Positions 44,109-54,792 of a DNA stretch of 64,000 nt are shown piece by piece. Source of the stretch: an uncultured Thermococci archaeon (lineage in GTDB: Archaea; Methanobacteriota_B; Thermococci; Methanofastidiosales; Methanofastidiosaceae); contig CAZUMN010000003.1 in the NCBI GenBank assembly GCA_964621955.1, forward strand, positions 175 through 64,174, given 5' to 3'. Position 1 is the stretch's first letter. Every line of letters starts with the position of its first letter. A model generated the notes under the pieces. The model did no database searches, was not told where the DNA came from, and was given only the letters and a program-made list of their open reading frames with translations. A program made the position numbers and the translations under genes.

Positions 44109-45572
44109 ATGGAAGAGAAAAATAAGAAAAAGTTAACTACAGTTGCCGGTGCTCCAGTAGTTGACAACCAAAACTCTATGACTGCGGGTCCTAGAGGCCC
44201 TGTGTTGCTACAGGATGTATGGTATCTTGAAAAGTTAGCCCATTTTGACAGAGAAGTAATACCTGAGAGAAGAATGCATGCAAAAGGTTCTGGCGCCTAT
44301 GGAACATTTACAGTAACACATGACATTACAAGATATACCAAGGCAAAGATTTTCTCTGAAATTGGAAAGAAAACTGAGATGTTTGTACGCTTTTCAACAG
44401 TTGCAGGTGAGCGAGGGGCTGCAGATGCAGAGCGGGATATCCGTGGATTCGCTATGAAGTTTTATACGGAAGAAGGCAACTGGGATCTTGTTGGAAATAA
44501 TACTCCGGTTTTTTTCCTTCGTGACCCACTAAAATTCCCCGATTTAAACCACGCAGTTAAACGTGACCCTCGTACAAACATGAGGAGTGCAAAAAATAAC
44601 TGGGACTTTTGGACATCACTTCCTGAAGCACTACATCAAGTAACTATAACTATGAGTGACAGGGGTATCCCATTATCATTCAGGCACATGCATGGTTTTG
44701 GTAGCCACACTTTTAGCATGATTAATGCTAAAAATGAACGTGTATGGGTTAAATTCCATCTTGTCTGTCAGCAAGGTATCAAAACTCTGACAGATGCAGA
44801 AGCAGAAGCCGTAATAGCGAAGGATCGAGAAAGCAATCAGCGTGACCTTCTTGAGAGTATTGACCGTGGAGATTTTCCTAAATGGAAGATGTTTATACAA
44901 GTTATGACTGAAGAGCAAGCAAATAACATGCCTTACAATCCTTTCGATTTGACAAAGGTCTGGTATAAGAAAGATTTCCCATTGATAGAAGTTGGGTATT
45001 TTGAACTAAATCGTAACCCAGACAATTATTTTGCAGAAGTTGAACAAGCAGCTTTTAATCCTGCCAATGTTGTTCCTGGGATAGGCTTTTCACCAGATAA
45101 AATGCTTCAGGGAAGACTGTTCTCTTATGGTGATGCACAACGTTACAGATTAGGTGTCAATCATCACCAGATACCTGTAAATGCACCAAGATGCCCCGTA
45201 AACAGTTACCATCGGGATGGGCAAATGAGGGTAAACAATAATGCAGGCAGCACTATAGCATATGAACCTAACAGCTATGGAGAGTGGCAAGAACAACCAG
45301 GTTTTAAAGAACCGCCACTTTCTATAACAGGCCCAGCAGACAATTGGAACTTCCGAGAAGATGACGATGATTACTACACTCAGCCCGGTAAACTTTTCAG
45401 GTTGATGACTCCTGAGCAGCAAAAAGTATTATTTGAAAATACTGCTCGTGCTATGGGCGATGCCCCAAAACATATTAAAATCAGACACATTGGAAACTGC
45501 CTTAAAGCCGATCCTGCATATGGCAAGGGAGTTGCGGACGCATTAGGGATTTCACTAGACGAAGTAAAATAA
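44109..45572 (+). CDS. kat: Monofunctional heme catalase (small-subunit clade)
   Basis: [35 protein letters not shown], the RDPLKFPD proximal region, and [12 protein letters not shown]. Full-length 487 aa. Confidence 0.95.
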   Translation: MEEKNKKKLTTVAGAPVVDNQNSMTAGPRGPVLLQDVWYLEKLAHFDREVIPERRMHAKGSGAYGTFTVTHDITRYTKAKIFSEIGKKTEMFVRFSTVAGERGAADAERDIRGFAMKFYTEEGNWDLVGNNTPVFFLRDPLKFPDLNHAVKRDPRTNMRSAKNNWDFWTSLPEALHQVTITMSDRGIPLSFRHMHGFGSHTFSMINAKNERVWVKFHLVCQQGIKTLTDAEAEAVIAKDRESNQRDLLESIDRGDFPKWKMFIQVMTEEQANNMPYNPFDLTKVWYKKDFPLIEVGYFELNRNPDNYFAEVEQAAFNPANVVPGIGFSPDKMLQGRLFSYGDAQRYRLGVNHHQIPVNAPRCPVNSYHRDGQMRVNNNAGSTIAYEPNSYGEWQEQPGFKEPPLSITGPADNWNFREDDDDYYTQPGKLFRLMTPEQQKVLFENTARAMGDAPKHIKIRHIGNCLKADPAYGKGVADALGISLDEVK

Positions 45573-45607
45573 TTTTTTAATTTTATTTTTATATGTTTTT
45601 ATGATTT

Positions 45608-46369
45608 CTAAGTCTTTCCAAGAGTGCAGTCATAGATCTTTCCAGTAATGACTTCAGTTTGGATCAATAAATCCACTAGCGGAAAAATATCTTTGGGGTA
45701 AAGCTTTCTTTTTAGGAGCTGGCCTTCCATAATTTTTTCTTCTATTTCTGCCACACTTCTATTTGTTCTTCTTGATTGTAGTTCTATTTCTTTTTCGTGC
45801 CTTTCAGTAAAAACATACGTGGGCGATATCCCATTAACCTTGATATTGTATTTTGCAGCTTCATATGCAGAATATTTTATTAGGGCTTCAAGTCCCGCCT
45901 TTGCAATTCCATATGGGGCTTTATTATGTGATACATCTTTTGAAGATGAAGAAACAAAATGTAATATATTGCCACCTTGATCGCCATTTCTTTTCATGTA
46001 TTTGATTGATTCTTTTGTCAACATGAAAGCAGTTTTAAGATTTGTATCAATCACTTTATCATATTCTTCAATCGGAAAATCCTCAATTGTATGGGAATAA
46101 AGACTACCCCCTATGGTATTGATCACCACATCAAGTCTTCCGTATTCCTCAATGATGTAGCTGAAAAGGAATTTGAGATTGTCCTCTGAGTTTAGGTCCA
46201 TGGGCATATAGTTAAACTTTTCATCTTCCTTAATTCTTGTAAAATCATGGAGATTCTTCCTGCCGCTTCCTATTAGCACCTTAACATTCCTATTCAAGTG
46301 CTCAAAGAGAGGTTTGCCAATTCCCCCACTTGCACCTGTCAGCAAAATTACCTTTTCGGAGAGTTCCAT
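45608..46369 (-). CDS. Short-chain dehydrogenase/reductase (SDR)
   Basis: TGASGGIGKPL Rossmann motif and the YGIAKAG catalytic YxxxK. Confidence 0.8.
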   Translation of the reverse strand: MELSEKVILLTGASGGIGKPLFEHLNRNVKVLIGSGRKNLHDFTRIKEDEKFNYMPMDLNSEDNLKFLFSYIIEEYGRLDVVINTIGGSLYSHTIEDFPIEEYDKVIDTNLKTAFMLTKESIKYMKRNGDQGGNILHFVSSSSKDVSHNKAPYGIAKAGLEALIKYSAYEAAKYNIKVNGISPTYVFTERHEKEIELQSRRTNRSVAEIEEKIMEGQLLKRKLYPKDIFPLVDLLIQTEVITGKIYDCTLGKT

Positions 46370-46506
46370 AATAGTAATTGTGGATTTACTAAATTAAATA
46401 ATTATCTGATTAATTCGTATTTATATTCAACAATACCAATAGATTTATATATTATTAGATAACTATATTGATTAGCAATAGTAATTAGTACTTTGAGGAG
46501 ATTAGT

Positions 46507-46959
46507 ATGGAAGATGTTAAGGTTGTTGTCTTTGGAAAGGAAAACGCTGGGAAGAGCACCCTAATCAAAGCTATAGAACATGACGCAATAAACATAGATA
46601 AGAACAACACTACAGTTTCTATGGACTATGGGCGGGCGATAGTTGGCGGAAGAAAAATTCATTTTTACGGAACACCAGGGCAGGAAAGATTTGACTTCAT
46701 GCGGGACATCTTATCAAAGGGTGCAAATATAGGGATAATGGTTTTGGATTCGACAATGAATATTTCAGAATTTGACATACACCTTTTGCAGGAATTAAAA
46801 CAGAAAGGGATCCCCTGCTTGATATTCTTGAACAAGAGCGACATTGCAGATACGGAAGCGATAAGAAGAAAATTCAATGGATTCCCGGTCATAGCTGGAT
46901 CTGCAAAGATGGGAAATGGCGTAAATGAATTAATCCATTCGCTTGTAGACCTTGCATAG
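46507..46959 (+). CDS. Small GTP-binding protein (Ras-superfamily-like)
   Basis: G1 GKENAGKST, G3 GTPGQERF, G4 NKSD. Confidence 0.7.
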   Translation: MEDVKVVVFGKENAGKSTLIKAIEHDAINIDKNNTTVSMDYGRAIVGGRKIHFYGTPGQERFDFMRDILSKGANIGIMVLDSTMNISEFDIHLLQELKQKGIPCLIFLNKSDIADTEAIRRKFNGFPVIAGSAKMGNGVNELIHSLVDLA

Positions 46960-47002
46960 AATCCCAATAACCTTTTAAATTTATTAAAATTATCTTTAAT
47001 AT

Positions 47003-47671
47003 ATGAAAGACAGCTACCTCTTACCTCTTTTAACATTAGCTAAGAAGGGTAAGGTCAAAGGGTCTGTTTATATTTCTTCAAAGGATCTTGGAAAAGAGCT
47101 TGGAGTGTCTCAACAGACTGCTTCGAGGTGGCTAAAAGAACTGGAATCTTTTGGTGCCATAGAAAGAATATTTGTGAAGGGAGGACAGACAATTACGCTT
47201 ACTGAACACGGAAAAAATTACCTGAAGACTTTCTTCGTTGACATGTGCGAACTATTCAACAAAAAGAATGATGAACTTACTATAGATGGAACAATAGTAT
47301 CCGGGATAGGCGAAGGGAAATATTATGTTTCAAGGCCTTTTTACAAAAAACAGTTTGAGGATGGTCTTGGTTTTAGCCCTTATCCGGGAACACTAAATAT
47401 TAAACTTACTGATGAAACAGACATCTTGCTTAGAAAATTTCTTGATAGATACCCTTCAGTTATATTGAAATCAGGCACCGATGAAGGAAGGTCTTTTGGA
47501 AATGTCAGATGTTACAAAGCACTAATCGATGGTAGGGTAGAAGGTGCAGTTATAATACCTTTAAGGACTCACCACCCTCAAAATGTCGTTGAAATCATAG
47601 CCCCTAAAAATCTAAAAAACTTCTTAAAGAAAAAAGACGGTGAACTTATTAGAATTACAATTGAGGTTTAG
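47003..47671 (+). CDS. ribK: wHTH-fused CTP-dependent archaeal riboflavin kinase (RbkR-type)
   Basis: N-terminal winged-HTH (GVSQQTASRWLKELE). C-terminal archaeal RibK core with the PYPGTLNIKL motif. Confidence 0.8.
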   Translation: MKDSYLLPLLTLAKKGKVKGSVYISSKDLGKELGVSQQTASRWLKELESFGAIERIFVKGGQTITLTEHGKNYLKTFFVDMCELFNKKNDELTIDGTIVSGIGEGKYYVSRPFYKKQFEDGLGFSPYPGTLNIKLTDETDILLRKFLDRYPSVILKSGTDEGRSFGNVRCYKALIDGRVEGAVIIPLRTHHPQNVVEIIAPKNLKNFLKKKDGELIRITIEV

Positions 47672-47674
47672 TTT

Positions 47675-48349
47675 ATGAGGATTGTTTTAAAGATTGGTGG
47701 ATCTCTTGTTTTTCCAGATAAAATTGATGTTGAACTGGTAAAGAATGTTTGCAAACAAATTATTTCACTTTCTAATAATCATGAATTCTTAATTGTTGTT
47801 GGGGGAGGAACAATCGCAAGAGAATATATCCGAGCCCTAAAAGATATCGGAAAAGATGACACGTTCCTTGATTTTGTCGGGATGGAAGTCGCTAAACTGA
47901 ATGCTTCTCTTTTTATGGGCGCTTTAGGAAAAATGGCTCCAGTAGAAGTTTCAAATGATTTTAAGCATGCGTTGTCAACATTGTATTTAGGTAAGATTCC
48001 TGTGCTGGGTGGAACACATCCAGGGCATACAACTGATGCAGTTTCTTCAATGCTTGCTGAATTTGTAGATGCAGATTTATTCTTGAGATTCACAAATGTA
48101 GATGGCGTATATGATAAAGATCCCCGAAAATTCTCTGATGCAAAGAAGCTTGGAAAAATAAGCCATGAAGCTCTTCTTGAGATAGTTGAAGGAACAAAGG
48201 CAGAAGCAGGAGTCAATGCAGTTATTGATCCATTGGCAGCAAAAATTTTGAAGCGGTCAAAGATAAAGACCATAGTCTGCGGGAAGGAAGAGCTCAAGAA
48301 CATAAAGGCCATCATAGAGGGAAAGCATAAAGGGACAGAAATATTCTAA
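47675..48349 (+). CDS. pyrH: Uridylate (UMP) kinase, archaeal type
   Basis: KIGGSL ... VVGGG amino-acid-kinase fold motifs. 224 aa. Confidence 0.88.
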   Translation: MRIVLKIGGSLVFPDKIDVELVKNVCKQIISLSNNHEFLIVVGGGTIAREYIRALKDIGKDDTFLDFVGMEVAKLNASLFMGALGKMAPVEVSNDFKHALSTLYLGKIPVLGGTHPGHTTDAVSSMLAEFVDADLFLRFTNVDGVYDKDPRKFSDAKKLGKISHEALLEIVEGTKAEAGVNAVIDPLAAKILKRSKIKTIVCGKEELKNIKAIIEGKHKGTEIF

Positions 48350-48361
48350 TCGTTAGATGCC

Positions 48362-49351
48362 ATGATAGGTGCAAGAGTCTCTAGGTCAGAAGCAGAAAAG
48401 CACAGAATTTCTCTTTTAGATATGGGAGTCCTTGATATTAATTTTAAAATTGCCTACGATGGCGACTTTGTAATAATGCCACTCAAAGAGAAGGTTAAGG
48501 ATTATGATATTGTAGATTATGATTTCATACCACTTGAGAAGAGAAAAAGCTCTTTGAGAGAAATACTATCAAAAAAAATCCCTGAATCTTACCTTTTAAA
48601 ACTCCGGGCTTTTGACGCAATAGGGAATATAGCATTGATACAGTTGAGCGATGAGCTAATTCCTTATCAAAATATGATAGGCGAAGCGCTTTTAGAGTTA
48701 AATCCATTCATCAAAGCAGTTTTTAGAAAGGATAGCATTGAGGGAGAGTACAGGGTTCCTAAACTAGAGCTTATCGCTGGCGACCATATCACAGAAACTG
48801 TCTATCGAGAATTTGGGGTAAGAATTTTACTCGATGTTTCTAAGGTATATTTTTCACCGAGATTATCTGAGGAGAGGAAGAGGATAACATCACTTGTTGA
48901 GAAAGATGAGGTAATCCTAGACATGTTCTGTGGTGTTGGACCATTCTCGCTTATGATCTCAAAAAAGTCAGAGCCTAAAAAAATATATTCGATTGATATA
49001 AATGAAGTGGCCATATACTACCTTAAGAAGAATATTGCTCTGAACAAGACTTACAATATTGTTCCGATACACGGCGATTCAAGAATTGAGATAAAAAACA
49101 TTGAAAATCCCGATAGGATAATCATGAATTTGCCTCACTCTTCATTTGAATTCCTCCCAGATGTCTTTTCAACATATAAAAGTGCAATAGTTCACTTCTA
49201 CGCAGTTTCTGAAAATATTAATCTCGTCAAGAAAAGGATAACTGAAGAATCAGAAAAATATGATAAGAAGATTGAGTTTCTATCTGAAAGGACTGTAAAG
49301 AGCTATTCGCCCAACACAGATATCTATTGCATCGATTTTGATTTCTCATAG
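48362..49351 (+). CDS. trm5: tRNA (guanine37-N1)-methyltransferase Trm5/Taw2-like (Met-10+ family)
   Basis: The SAM-binding DMFCGVGPFSL and NLPH motifs. Confidence 0.8.
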   Translation: MIGARVSRSEAEKHRISLLDMGVLDINFKIAYDGDFVIMPLKEKVKDYDIVDYDFIPLEKRKSSLREILSKKIPESYLLKLRAFDAIGNIALIQLSDELIPYQNMIGEALLELNPFIKAVFRKDSIEGEYRVPKLELIAGDHITETVYREFGVRILLDVSKVYFSPRLSEERKRITSLVEKDEVILDMFCGVGPFSLMISKKSEPKKIYSIDINEVAIYYLKKNIALNKTYNIVPIHGDSRIEIKNIENPDRIIMNLPHSSFEFLPDVFSTYKSAIVHFYAVSENINLVKKRITEESEKYDKKIEFLSERTVKSYSPNTDIYCIDFDFS

Positions 49352-49725
49352 ATAATTACTTTCATTTCTTTGCCTTTTTTTAGAGCTTCAATTAAGCCCC
49401 TGTCAATGTCAAGTGAGGCTTTGCTTGATGCTATGGCATAGGTCCTGCCTGAGATAAACGAAGATGTTCTTATGACAAGCTCCCTTTGATCAGTTATTTT
49501 ATGATTTTTTGGTATAGTGGCTTCAAAAGTCTCTTCGATGCCATCTACCTTCATTACAAAAATTAATCTTCCATTTAGTTTGTTAAGGTCATCAATATCA
49601 TGATTTGATGAAATACCTAATATACAATCACCGTTGCCTTTGATATGTTCATCTTTTGTAAATTCTAAAGTGCTTCTGTGCTCAGCAGTAATTTTGGGAT
49701 GACCCTTAACGGTAAATGAAATCAT
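49324..49725 (-). CDS. DUF371-like small archaeal protein
   Basis: The 133-aa sequence resembles the archaeal DUF371 family. Weak, from memory. Confidence 0.4.
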   Translation of the reverse strand: MISFTVKGHPKITAEHRSTLEFTKDEHIKGNGDCILGISSNHDIDDLNKLNGRLIFVMKVDGIEETFEATIPKNHKITDQRELVIRTSSFISGRTYAIASSKASLDIDRGLIEALKKGKEMKVIIYEKSKSMQ

Positions 49726-49924
49726 AACCTAAAAAAAACCTTTAATCTTAAAAGATTTACTTTCTAGATAGCATAGTTCAAGATTACCTTGAATCACTTG
49801 GCATTGACTTACAAAAACTTGACAATAAGTTATAACAAGATAAGATTGCCTAGAATGATTGCATGCTAATTATTGAAAGGGCTAAAAGATAAGTTTAAAT
49901 AACACCAAGTAATTAGGTATTTCC

Positions 49925-50596
49925 ATGAAAAAAATATATGGTATCTGTTTATTGACTTTTATTTTAGTATTCTCTAATCTCATTGCTGTATTTTCTCTTA
50001 ATAATCAACAGAAGAATCAAGTTGCACAGGATCTTTACAGCACAGGCGCAACTTTTATGAGGGCTGAAAATTTTCTAAAAGCAAAAGATTTTTTTATATA
50101 TTCACACAATGAAGCCATTAAAGCAGGCAATAATTATTTGGCCTATACTTCAAATGAGAGAATTAAAGAATGTAATAATATTCTGGGTTTAGATACAAAT
50201 GATTATACTTTAAGTAAAGCTCTAATGTCAAAACAGCTAGTCTTGCCATCTACCTCGGAAGTATCTGAATACAAAAGAAATATCACTTTGAATGTTTACT
50301 CTTACAAGAAACATGACTATATATCGTTTAATTTATCCCAGGGCCAAAATATAAATTTTGAATACATGGTAACTAATGGTGATGTGTCAATTTATTTCAT
50401 GGATAAGATTAGCTTTAACAGATTTAAGAATTCTAGTTACTTTGTATATGATTTAAGTATAGGTGGAATAGAGCTGCCTTCTACAGTTGGTGTGGAATAC
50501 AGTGAAACTTACACAGTTCCTGAATCTGGCGAGTGGTATCTCCTACTGGTAACAAATTCGGCTGAGGCTGGAGAGTTAAAGATAGACATTCTATAA
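49925..50596 (+). CDS. Secreted hypothetical protein
   Basis: N-terminal hydrophobic signal-peptide-like segment; no other motif. Confidence 0.45.
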   Translation: MKKIYGICLLTFILVFSNLIAVFSLNNQQKNQVAQDLYSTGATFMRAENFLKAKDFFIYSHNEAIKAGNNYLAYTSNERIKECNNILGLDTNDYTLSKALMSKQLVLPSTSEVSEYKRNITLNVYSYKKHDYISFNLSQGQNINFEYMVTNGDVSIYFMDKISFNRFKNSSYFVYDLSIGGIELPSTVGVEYSETYTVPESGEWYLLLVTNSAEAGELKIDIL

Positions 50597-50631
50597 TAAA
50601 TAATTTAAACTTCTATTCTTTTCTTAATCTG

Positions 50632-51513
50632 ATGAAGCTTATATTCCTAGGAACATCTGCATCCAAGCCTACTTCGGATAGAAATCCCCCTTCTGTAGCT
50701 TTACAGTACAATAACGGCGAATTCATGCTTTTTGATTGTGGCGAGGGGACACAGAGGCAGATGATAAGAAAAGTTTCACCGATGAAAATATCAAAAATCT
50801 TCATAACGCATCTTCATGCTGACCACGTGATGGGGCTTGTCGGCCTAATACAATCCATGAAACTAAACGGCAGAACGCAGTTACTTGAAATATTTGTTCC
50901 TAAGGACACCATTGTATATATGAAACAATTATTCTCAATACCTTATTTTTCTGCAGATTTTGATATCCACGTCATAGAAGTATTTGATGAAAAGGTAGAG
51001 TTCGACGGGTATTGGATAAGGCCATTTCCGGTCTCTCACGGAGTTCCTGCAATTGGATATGTTTTTGCTGCAAATGATTCAAGAGGGAAATTCAACAAAA
51101 AACTTTGTGATGAGCTTGGCATAAAGGGTGAGATGTTCAATTTGCTGGAGAAAAATGGAAAAATTCAAGTTAATGGTAGAGAAATATCGATTGATGAAGT
51201 AACAGGTAAGAATAGAAAAGGAAAGAAGATAGTTTATACGGGTGACACGGAGAAGATCGATACATTTCCGGAGGAAGCATATCACTGTGATATCCTGATT
51301 CATGATTCGACATTCATATCTCAAGAAGATAAGAAAGAAACATACCATTCTACCGTCAAGGAGGCATGTGAAGTTGCACAGCTTCTTTTAGCAAAAAAAC
51401 TTGTATTGACCCATATAAGTCAGCGATACGAAACAGAAGAAGTTGAAGAAGAGTCAAAAAAATACTGTGAAAATGCAATAGTCGCAGAAGACTTCTTGGA
51501 AATAACTCTTTAA
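50632..51513 (+). CDS. rnz: Ribonuclease Z (tRNA 3' endonuclease), short form
   Basis: LGTSASKPTSDRN...HLHADHVMG MBL motif with a typical RNase Z N-terminus. 293 aa. Confidence 0.85.
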   Translation: MKLIFLGTSASKPTSDRNPPSVALQYNNGEFMLFDCGEGTQRQMIRKVSPMKISKIFITHLHADHVMGLVGLIQSMKLNGRTQLLEIFVPKDTIVYMKQLFSIPYFSADFDIHVIEVFDEKVEFDGYWIRPFPVSHGVPAIGYVFAANDSRGKFNKKLCDELGIKGEMFNLLEKNGKIQVNGREISIDEVTGKNRKGKKIVYTGDTEKIDTFPEEAYHCDILIHDSTFISQEDKKETYHSTVKEACEVAQLLLAKKLVLTHISQRYETEEVEEESKKYCENAIVAEDFLEITL

Positions 51514-51670
51514 TTTTACTATTTGAATTGTCTCTTATTATTTTCTATTGATGAATAATCTATTTTTTAGCAGCTTCTTATTTATATTTTAATTATTGAT
51601 TACCATTATTGATAACTAATATTTCCAAAAAGTTTATATAGTATTGTCTAATATATAGATATACAATGTA

Positions 51671-52792
51671 TTGCAAGGAGGTAATACTATGTTAGCAATA
51701 AGAAAAATAATAACTTCACTCGTAATATTTTCTTTAATTATGCCCTACTTTTTAGTTTCTTCAGTTTGGGCTTCCGGGGGGGCAGTAAACGACTCTGCCA
51801 TATGCGATAAAGATGGCACTGTTTTGATTAATGTTTTAGCCAATGATAATGGATTGACCCAAATAGGCCCTATTAGCGAACCAAAACATGGTACGGCCGT
51901 TATTGAAAATGGCAAGATAAGGTATACGCCTGATCCAAATTGGTTTGGAATTGATACATTTACATATTCCGCCACAACAGACAAAGAAACAGCACTGTTT
52001 TGCGCTGACACTGGGCACTATTATGAATATGTCTCTGGTACCCTTACTTGGGGGGAGGCAAATGCAGCAGCATCAGCAAGAACTTTCTATGGATTGAAAG
52101 GATATCTTGTTACCATAACTTCTCAAGAAGAAAATAAGTTCATTGTAGACAATAAAGTAGTATCTACAGATGATTCAGCATGGATGGGTGCTACTGACGA
52201 TCCCAATGTAACTAGTGATACGGACGATAATTGGTATTGGGCCACAGGTCCAGAAGCAGGTACTAAATTTTTCTATGGAAGATACCCAGATATTGGGCCA
52301 GAATGTTACATATACTGTAATTGGACTCCCGGAGAACCAAATAACGGCAGCGGAGGGGGAGAGAGTTACGGAGAATTTTATTACTCTGGATATTGGAATG
52401 ATCTTCTTGAGGATTCAGAAAGTATCGATGGATACATTGTAGAATACGGTGGAATGCCAAACGATGCATCAACTCTACCAACAGCAACTGTCACCGTAGC
52501 AGTCCTAAACAACTCAAAATTAGCCATACACGCAGAATTAAAATCAGCTTACAACAACAGATTAAAAACAGTTAATAGCTTACAGACACAGATATTAAAT
52601 AAGCTTCCAGCAGATTGCAAGCAGAGCGGAGTTTCAAGTGCAGGATGCAGTGTTCCTGACAATGTAAAATCAATGTGGAACGAAGCAGAACAGTATATCC
52701 AAAACGCTAAAAAAACAGGGAATGTCATTAAAGCAGTAAACGACCTTAAAAAAGCAAAAGAACTCTTAGAGCAAATATTAAGTAAAATTTAA
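51671..52792 (+). CDS. Secreted protein with a cadherin-like/VCBS-type beta-sandwich domain followed by a C-type-lectin-like domain
   Basis: N-terminal hydrophobic signal-peptide-like segment. The first domain carries VLINVLANDNG...GTAVIENGKIRYTPDPNWFGIDTFTYSATTD. The second carries TWGEANAAASARTFYGLKGYLVTITSQEENKF...SAWMGATD...WYWATGPEAGTKFFYG...NWTPGEPNN...WNDLLED (CTLD WIGL/EPN/WND signature). Confidence 0.6.
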   Translation: MQGGNTMLAIRKIITSLVIFSLIMPYFLVSSVWASGGAVNDSAICDKDGTVLINVLANDNGLTQIGPISEPKHGTAVIENGKIRYTPDPNWFGIDTFTYSATTDKETALFCADTGHYYEYVSGTLTWGEANAAASARTFYGLKGYLVTITSQEENKFIVDNKVVSTDDSAWMGATDDPNVTSDTDDNWYWATGPEAGTKFFYGRYPDIGPECYIYCNWTPGEPNNGSGGGESYGEFYYSGYWNDLLEDSESIDGYIVEYGGMPNDASTLPTATVTVAVLNNSKLAIHAELKSAYNNRLKTVNSLQTQILNKLPADCKQSGVSSAGCSVPDNVKSMWNEAEQYIQNAKKTGNVIKAVNDLKKAKELLEQILSKI

Positions 52793-52835
52793 TATTTAAT
52801 TTTTTATAATTTTATTTAAATAAAAATAAATAAAT

Positions 52836-53192
52836 CTACAATCTAAAAGTCCTGTTAACTTCTTCTATCAAAACATCACAGTCGGCTTTGATCTTCTCTA
52901 GAGTTTTTATTATCCTCTTCTTTTCAAGTTCAACTGATTTCATGTTTTCATAAGGTCTTACAGCTTCCCTGAACATCACTTCATCTACTGTTACATAAGG
53001 GCTTTCATTTAATTTAGTAGAGACATCTTCAAGCATTTTACCTAAAAATAGATTCATCTCTTCCTTGACCTTCCTTGAAATCATCTTGTCACTATCGAGA
53101 TGTGTCCTCATGATTCTGACAATGGTACCCATTGGCAAAGGAAATTTTTGACTGTCTTCACTTGTTTCATCGTAGTTAATTTCTTCTTCCAT
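52836..53192 (-). CDS. Possible histone-fold-like small protein with an acidic N-terminal extension
   Basis: LPMGTIVRIMRTHLDSDKMISRKVKEEMNLFLGKMLEDVS loosely matches the archaeal histone helix-1/helix-2 pattern (LPxAxIxRIxK...RVS...A...L...LEE). Weak. Confidence 0.3.
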   Translation of the reverse strand: MEEEINYDETSEDSQKFPLPMGTIVRIMRTHLDSDKMISRKVKEEMNLFLGKMLEDVSTKLNESPYVTVDEVMFREAVRPYENMKSVELEKKRIIKTLEKIKADCDVLIEEVNRTFRL

Positions 53193-53245
53193 ATAAACAC
53201 CTATAATCAGGATAGACTATAAAACTTATAAGACTTTCCAATATA

Positions 53246-53950
53246 TTGAAAATTGTGGAAAATAAGTTTAATATTATAAAAGTTGGAGTAACAAATTGCT
53301 ATATTTTGACCTCTAACTCTTGTAATGTTCTAATTGATACCGGTTACAAAGGTAAAACTCAACTTATTTTGAATTTTCTTGAAAATAATAAGATACTTCC
53401 CAAAAGTATCGGGCTTATTGTTTTGACGCATGCACACTATGACCATATTGGGAATGCTCTAGAAATAAAAAAAATAACAGGAGCCAAAATACTTCTTCAT
53501 AGGAATGATCTGCCTCTTTTGAATTCTGGAATAACAGATTCTCAAAGCACAAAACCTCTAAACATTTGGGGTAAAATTCTATTAAGTAAAGTTGCATCTA
53601 TTGATACAAGCTTTAATCATCTAAAGCCAGATATTATTATTGATTCTGATTTTGATCTTAGAAATTACGGGATCAACGGTAAGATTATCCACACTCCTGG
53701 TCATTCAAATGGCTCAATATCTGTCATACTGGACTCAGGCGAAGCATTCATAGGAGACCTTGCAATGAATGGGCTCCCACTCAGAGTAGGTGCAGGGGAA
53801 CCAATATTTGGGGAGAACCTAAAAGAGATATATCAAAGCTGGATAAAACTAGTTGAGAATAATGTCAAAACATTATACCCGGGGCATGGAGCACCTTTCA
53901 ATATTAAAGTAATAAAAAAAATACTCTCCAGAAAAGGTATATTTGATTAA
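53246..53950 (+). CDS. Metallo-beta-lactamase-fold hydrolase
   Basis: The THAHYDHIGN motif with downstream HTPGHS. Confidence 0.8.
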   Translation: MKIVENKFNIIKVGVTNCYILTSNSCNVLIDTGYKGKTQLILNFLENNKILPKSIGLIVLTHAHYDHIGNALEIKKITGAKILLHRNDLPLLNSGITDSQSTKPLNIWGKILLSKVASIDTSFNHLKPDIIIDSDFDLRNYGINGKIIHTPGHSNGSISVILDSGEAFIGDLAMNGLPLRVGAGEPIFGENLKEIYQSWIKLVENNVKTLYPGHGAPFNIKVIKKILSRKGIFD

Positions 53951-53951
53951 A

Positions 53952-54713
53952 TTAAACAATAGATAAATTGGCAAATCCTAGGGCGTATAATACCAGGATT
54001 ATTATTGGCTGGTGAATAAGATAAATCTTTAGGGAATGTTTTCCTAAGAAAGATAAACTTCTAGAAACTATATTACCTGAGAGATCAGGAATGTTAAATC
54101 TCCTTTTTGTTTCTGGGTAGGCCAAATTACCTAAAAAAATACCAATCAGGACAACACCATACCAAGGCAGTATCGGGAAGTAATCAAACGAGAAAAAAGA
54201 GTTTGGTTCAAACCCTAACCACAAGAGATAAGTTGTATCAAATGTGAAATTGCTTAGGTATATCCCAATTAATATTACTATTAGCCCCAATGCAAGATTT
54301 TTGTATTTGTATTCTATTAAGGGAAATGATATTATTATAGAAACTCCAATTAAATGGAGTATGCCAAAGAGGATAACGCCGTTACTCAAAAAAATGAAAG
54401 TAAAGATTGTTATGGTGGCACCCCATGCTAGTATTTTAATGCCTCTTTTTAGATTTCTAATGAAAAGCTCTTTTTTTTGATATTTTGATTTAAACTTTGA
54501 ATAACTAATTGTTAGAGATATGCCAACGAGCAGTAAGAATAAAGAAGCAGTTGTTCTTTGGAAGAGAGTCCAAGAAAGAGAGTATATTTTTATTGGAAAA
54601 TCGCCTAGAAAATAAAGATCGTAACTTAAATGATATATAATCATCATAATTATGGCTATTCCTCTCAAGACATCAATCTCCCAAAATCTCTTAGAGGAAT
54701 TCTCCATGGACAA
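53952..54713 (-). CDS. DUF1624/HGSNAT-like polytopic membrane acyltransferase-family protein
   Basis: N-terminal RFWEIDVLRGIAIIMMIIYH signature. About 7 TM. Confidence 0.55.
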   Translation of the reverse strand: MSMENSSKRFWEIDVLRGIAIIMMIIYHLSYDLYFLGDFPIKIYSLSWTLFQRTTASLFLLLVGISLTISYSKFKSKYQKKELFIRNLKRGIKILAWGATITIFTFIFLSNGVILFGILHLIGVSIIISFPLIEYKYKNLALGLIVILIGIYLSNFTFDTTYLLWLGFEPNSFFSFDYFPILPWYGVVLIGIFLGNLAYPETKRRFNIPDLSGNIVSRSLSFLGKHSLKIYLIHQPIIILVLYALGFANLSIV

Positions 54714-54792
54714 ATTTCTAATTTCAGATATATAAGGGTGAGTTTATTTTCTAACCTTAAAGTTTATATTGAATTATGAAGTCTAGATTCTC

